DNA from: Oligoflexales bacterium
GTDB lineage: Bacteria > Bdellovibrionota_B > Oligoflexia > Oligoflexales > RGVZ01
Assembly: GCA_044236265.1 (NCBI GenBank)
Contig: JBIIGV010000008.1
Location: 1-45,476, forward strand
Direction of reading: 5' to 3'
Length of the DNA: 45,476 bases
Part shown: positions 44,433-45,476 of the stretch, piece by piece
Position numbering within the stretch: position 1 is the first letter of the stretch
How the letters are laid out: each line of letters opens with the position of its first letter
The notes under the pieces: model-generated
Seen by the model: only the letters and a program-made list of their open reading frames with translations
Databases searched by the model: none
Told to the model about the DNA's origin: nothing
Program-made: the position numbers and the translations under genes

Positions 44433-45173
44433 ATGAATTCACTATCACGCCTGATACTTTTATCTATTCTCCCCCTGATTACGTCTTGCGGTGTTGGAAC
44501 ATCGTCATCCCCAGAAAGGCGTATCGATGAAAATCTTGTCAAAAATTCGCCAAAAATGTTGATTGGTCGGATTACAGCTAACGACTTCACGGCAACATCC
44601 ATGAATGTCCAGTTTGTTGCGATTCATAAAGACGTAAAAATTAATTCTGGAGCTGACGCAGAGCGTGCGTTTAAAGAGGGTACACCAGTATCATTCGGAG
44701 GAAACTCCAGTTTTGGATTAAATGGGTCTTCGGATGTTCGATACGATATGCGACTTGCAAACGAGGGAATGGTGAACTGCCCTCCTGGTATGAATTGCTC
44801 GAATGAGCAATTTGTTGTTGCCGGTCCGCGTGTCGGGATATTTGGAGGATTATTTGCAGGTCTGATTACCCGCTTGAAAAATCTTTTTAGCTTTCTGAGA
44901 CCAAGCACTTGGATTGGCAATAACGGTTTGGGATATGGTTATCAGACGCAGTACGGCAATGGATCAGATCAGTATGGTGTCTTTGTTCCTAATCCGCAAA
45001 CCCCCGTCTATCAGCCGGTTCCAGTCCAGACCTATCCCGGAGGTCCGATCAATACTACGCCGCAATATCCAAACTATCCCACGACTCAGCCGGTAAACGG
45101 CCAGTACCCACAGAACCCTCAATATCCGCCTCTGCCACAAGGGCAGGAACCCATGCCTACCAACCTGAGGTAG
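44433..45173 (+). CDS. Hypothetical lipoprotein with Pro/Gln/Tyr-rich tail
   Basis: GGAGG RBS, ATG at 44433, lipobox ITSC; C-terminal PQYP/PVYQP repeats. Confidence 0.7.
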   Translation: MNSLSRLILLSILPLITSCGVGTSSSPERRIDENLVKNSPKMLIGRITANDFTATSMNVQFVAIHKDVKINSGADAERAFKEGTPVSFGGNSSFGLNGSSDVRYDMRLANEGMVNCPPGMNCSNEQFVVAGPRVGIFGGLFAGLITRLKNLFSFLRPSTWIGNNGLGYGYQTQYGNGSDQYGVFVPNPQTPVYQPVPVQTYPGGPINTTPQYPNYPTTQPVNGQYPQNPQYPPLPQGQEPMPTNLR

Positions 45174-45222
45174 ACTTGGTCTCAATTTGAAGGTGTTCGG
45201 ACTTTGAAATCTTGTTTTGACG

Positions 45223-45262
45223 TTGCTCTCCCCCTACACAAGGTGGAGGGCAAAATTTTTTC
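45223..45262 (+). terminator. Possible terminator after lipoprotein gene
   Basis: TTGCTCTCC / GGAGGGCAA stem (one G-U pair) followed by AATTTTTTC. Confidence 0.5.
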
Positions 45263-45460
45263 TTGTTTTTGCAAATTATTAAATTGGCCTTGTATACTTG
45301 GCAAATTCAGCTGGTTGCAATCGTTTGGGCAAACACGTTGTTGGCACTTTGCGCAAAATTGTGACCGGGTTTCTTGATTTGCGTCTGTATCACCCGCTAT
45401 AATTACAGGTAGACATAAGCTCATCCAGCCGTCGCTTCAACTATCGAGGAGAGTAGAGTT

Positions 45461-45476
45461 ATGAACTCCGCGCCAA
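45461..45476 (+). CDS. Possible start of next gene, truncated by window edge
   Basis: GAGGAG followed by ATG at 45461; only five codons visible. Confidence 0.3.

Noticed and set aside
45182..45424. 80-aa minus-strand ORF with several Cys
   Set aside because: Overlaps a probable terminator and the promoter region of the next plus-strand gene; no clear RBS.
1..45476. tRNA, rRNA, IS/integrase, prophage or defence-system genes
   Set aside because: None recognised in the ORFs or intergenic regions on either strand.

Overview
Gene-dense bacterial chromosomal window with no tRNA, rRNA, CRISPR array or mobile element visible. Gene content (gliding-type TPR/FHA-TonB genes, Csd6/Bd1075-like L,D-peptidase, SurA-like/DsbA protein) suggests a Bdellovibrionota/Oligoflexia-like organism; this is inference. 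From left to right: the end of a glt/agl-like gliding-motility cluster; surE and a LysM-M23 peptidase; apaG; several uncharacterised secreted proteins; a minus-strand type II FAS/PKS-like cluster (fabI, fabG, a long 'GAES' ACP, tandem hot-dog dehydratase, active KS, catalytically dead KS/CLF, terminal reductase); an HExxH metallopeptidase/beta-barrel outer-membrane protein; dus; sthA; a YciB-like protein; a MinD/FlhG-like ATPase, J-like-HTH protein and RluD-family operon; an L,D-peptidase; DsbA; a beta-carbonic anhydrase-TerC-NhaR-like LysR operon divergent from a SulP transporter; an orphan FliF-FliG fusion-like protein; ABC-F; long-form hutU; pabB; and a sigma54-preceded lipoprotein. The two best candidates for undescribed biology are (1) the stand-alone 793-aa membrane protein that appears to join duplicated FliF-like periplasmic modules to a full FliG with a charge-altered torque helix, and (2) the compact KS-CLF/long-ACP/reductase lipid or polyketide cluster. 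All family calls come from motif recognition by eye; no database search was run.
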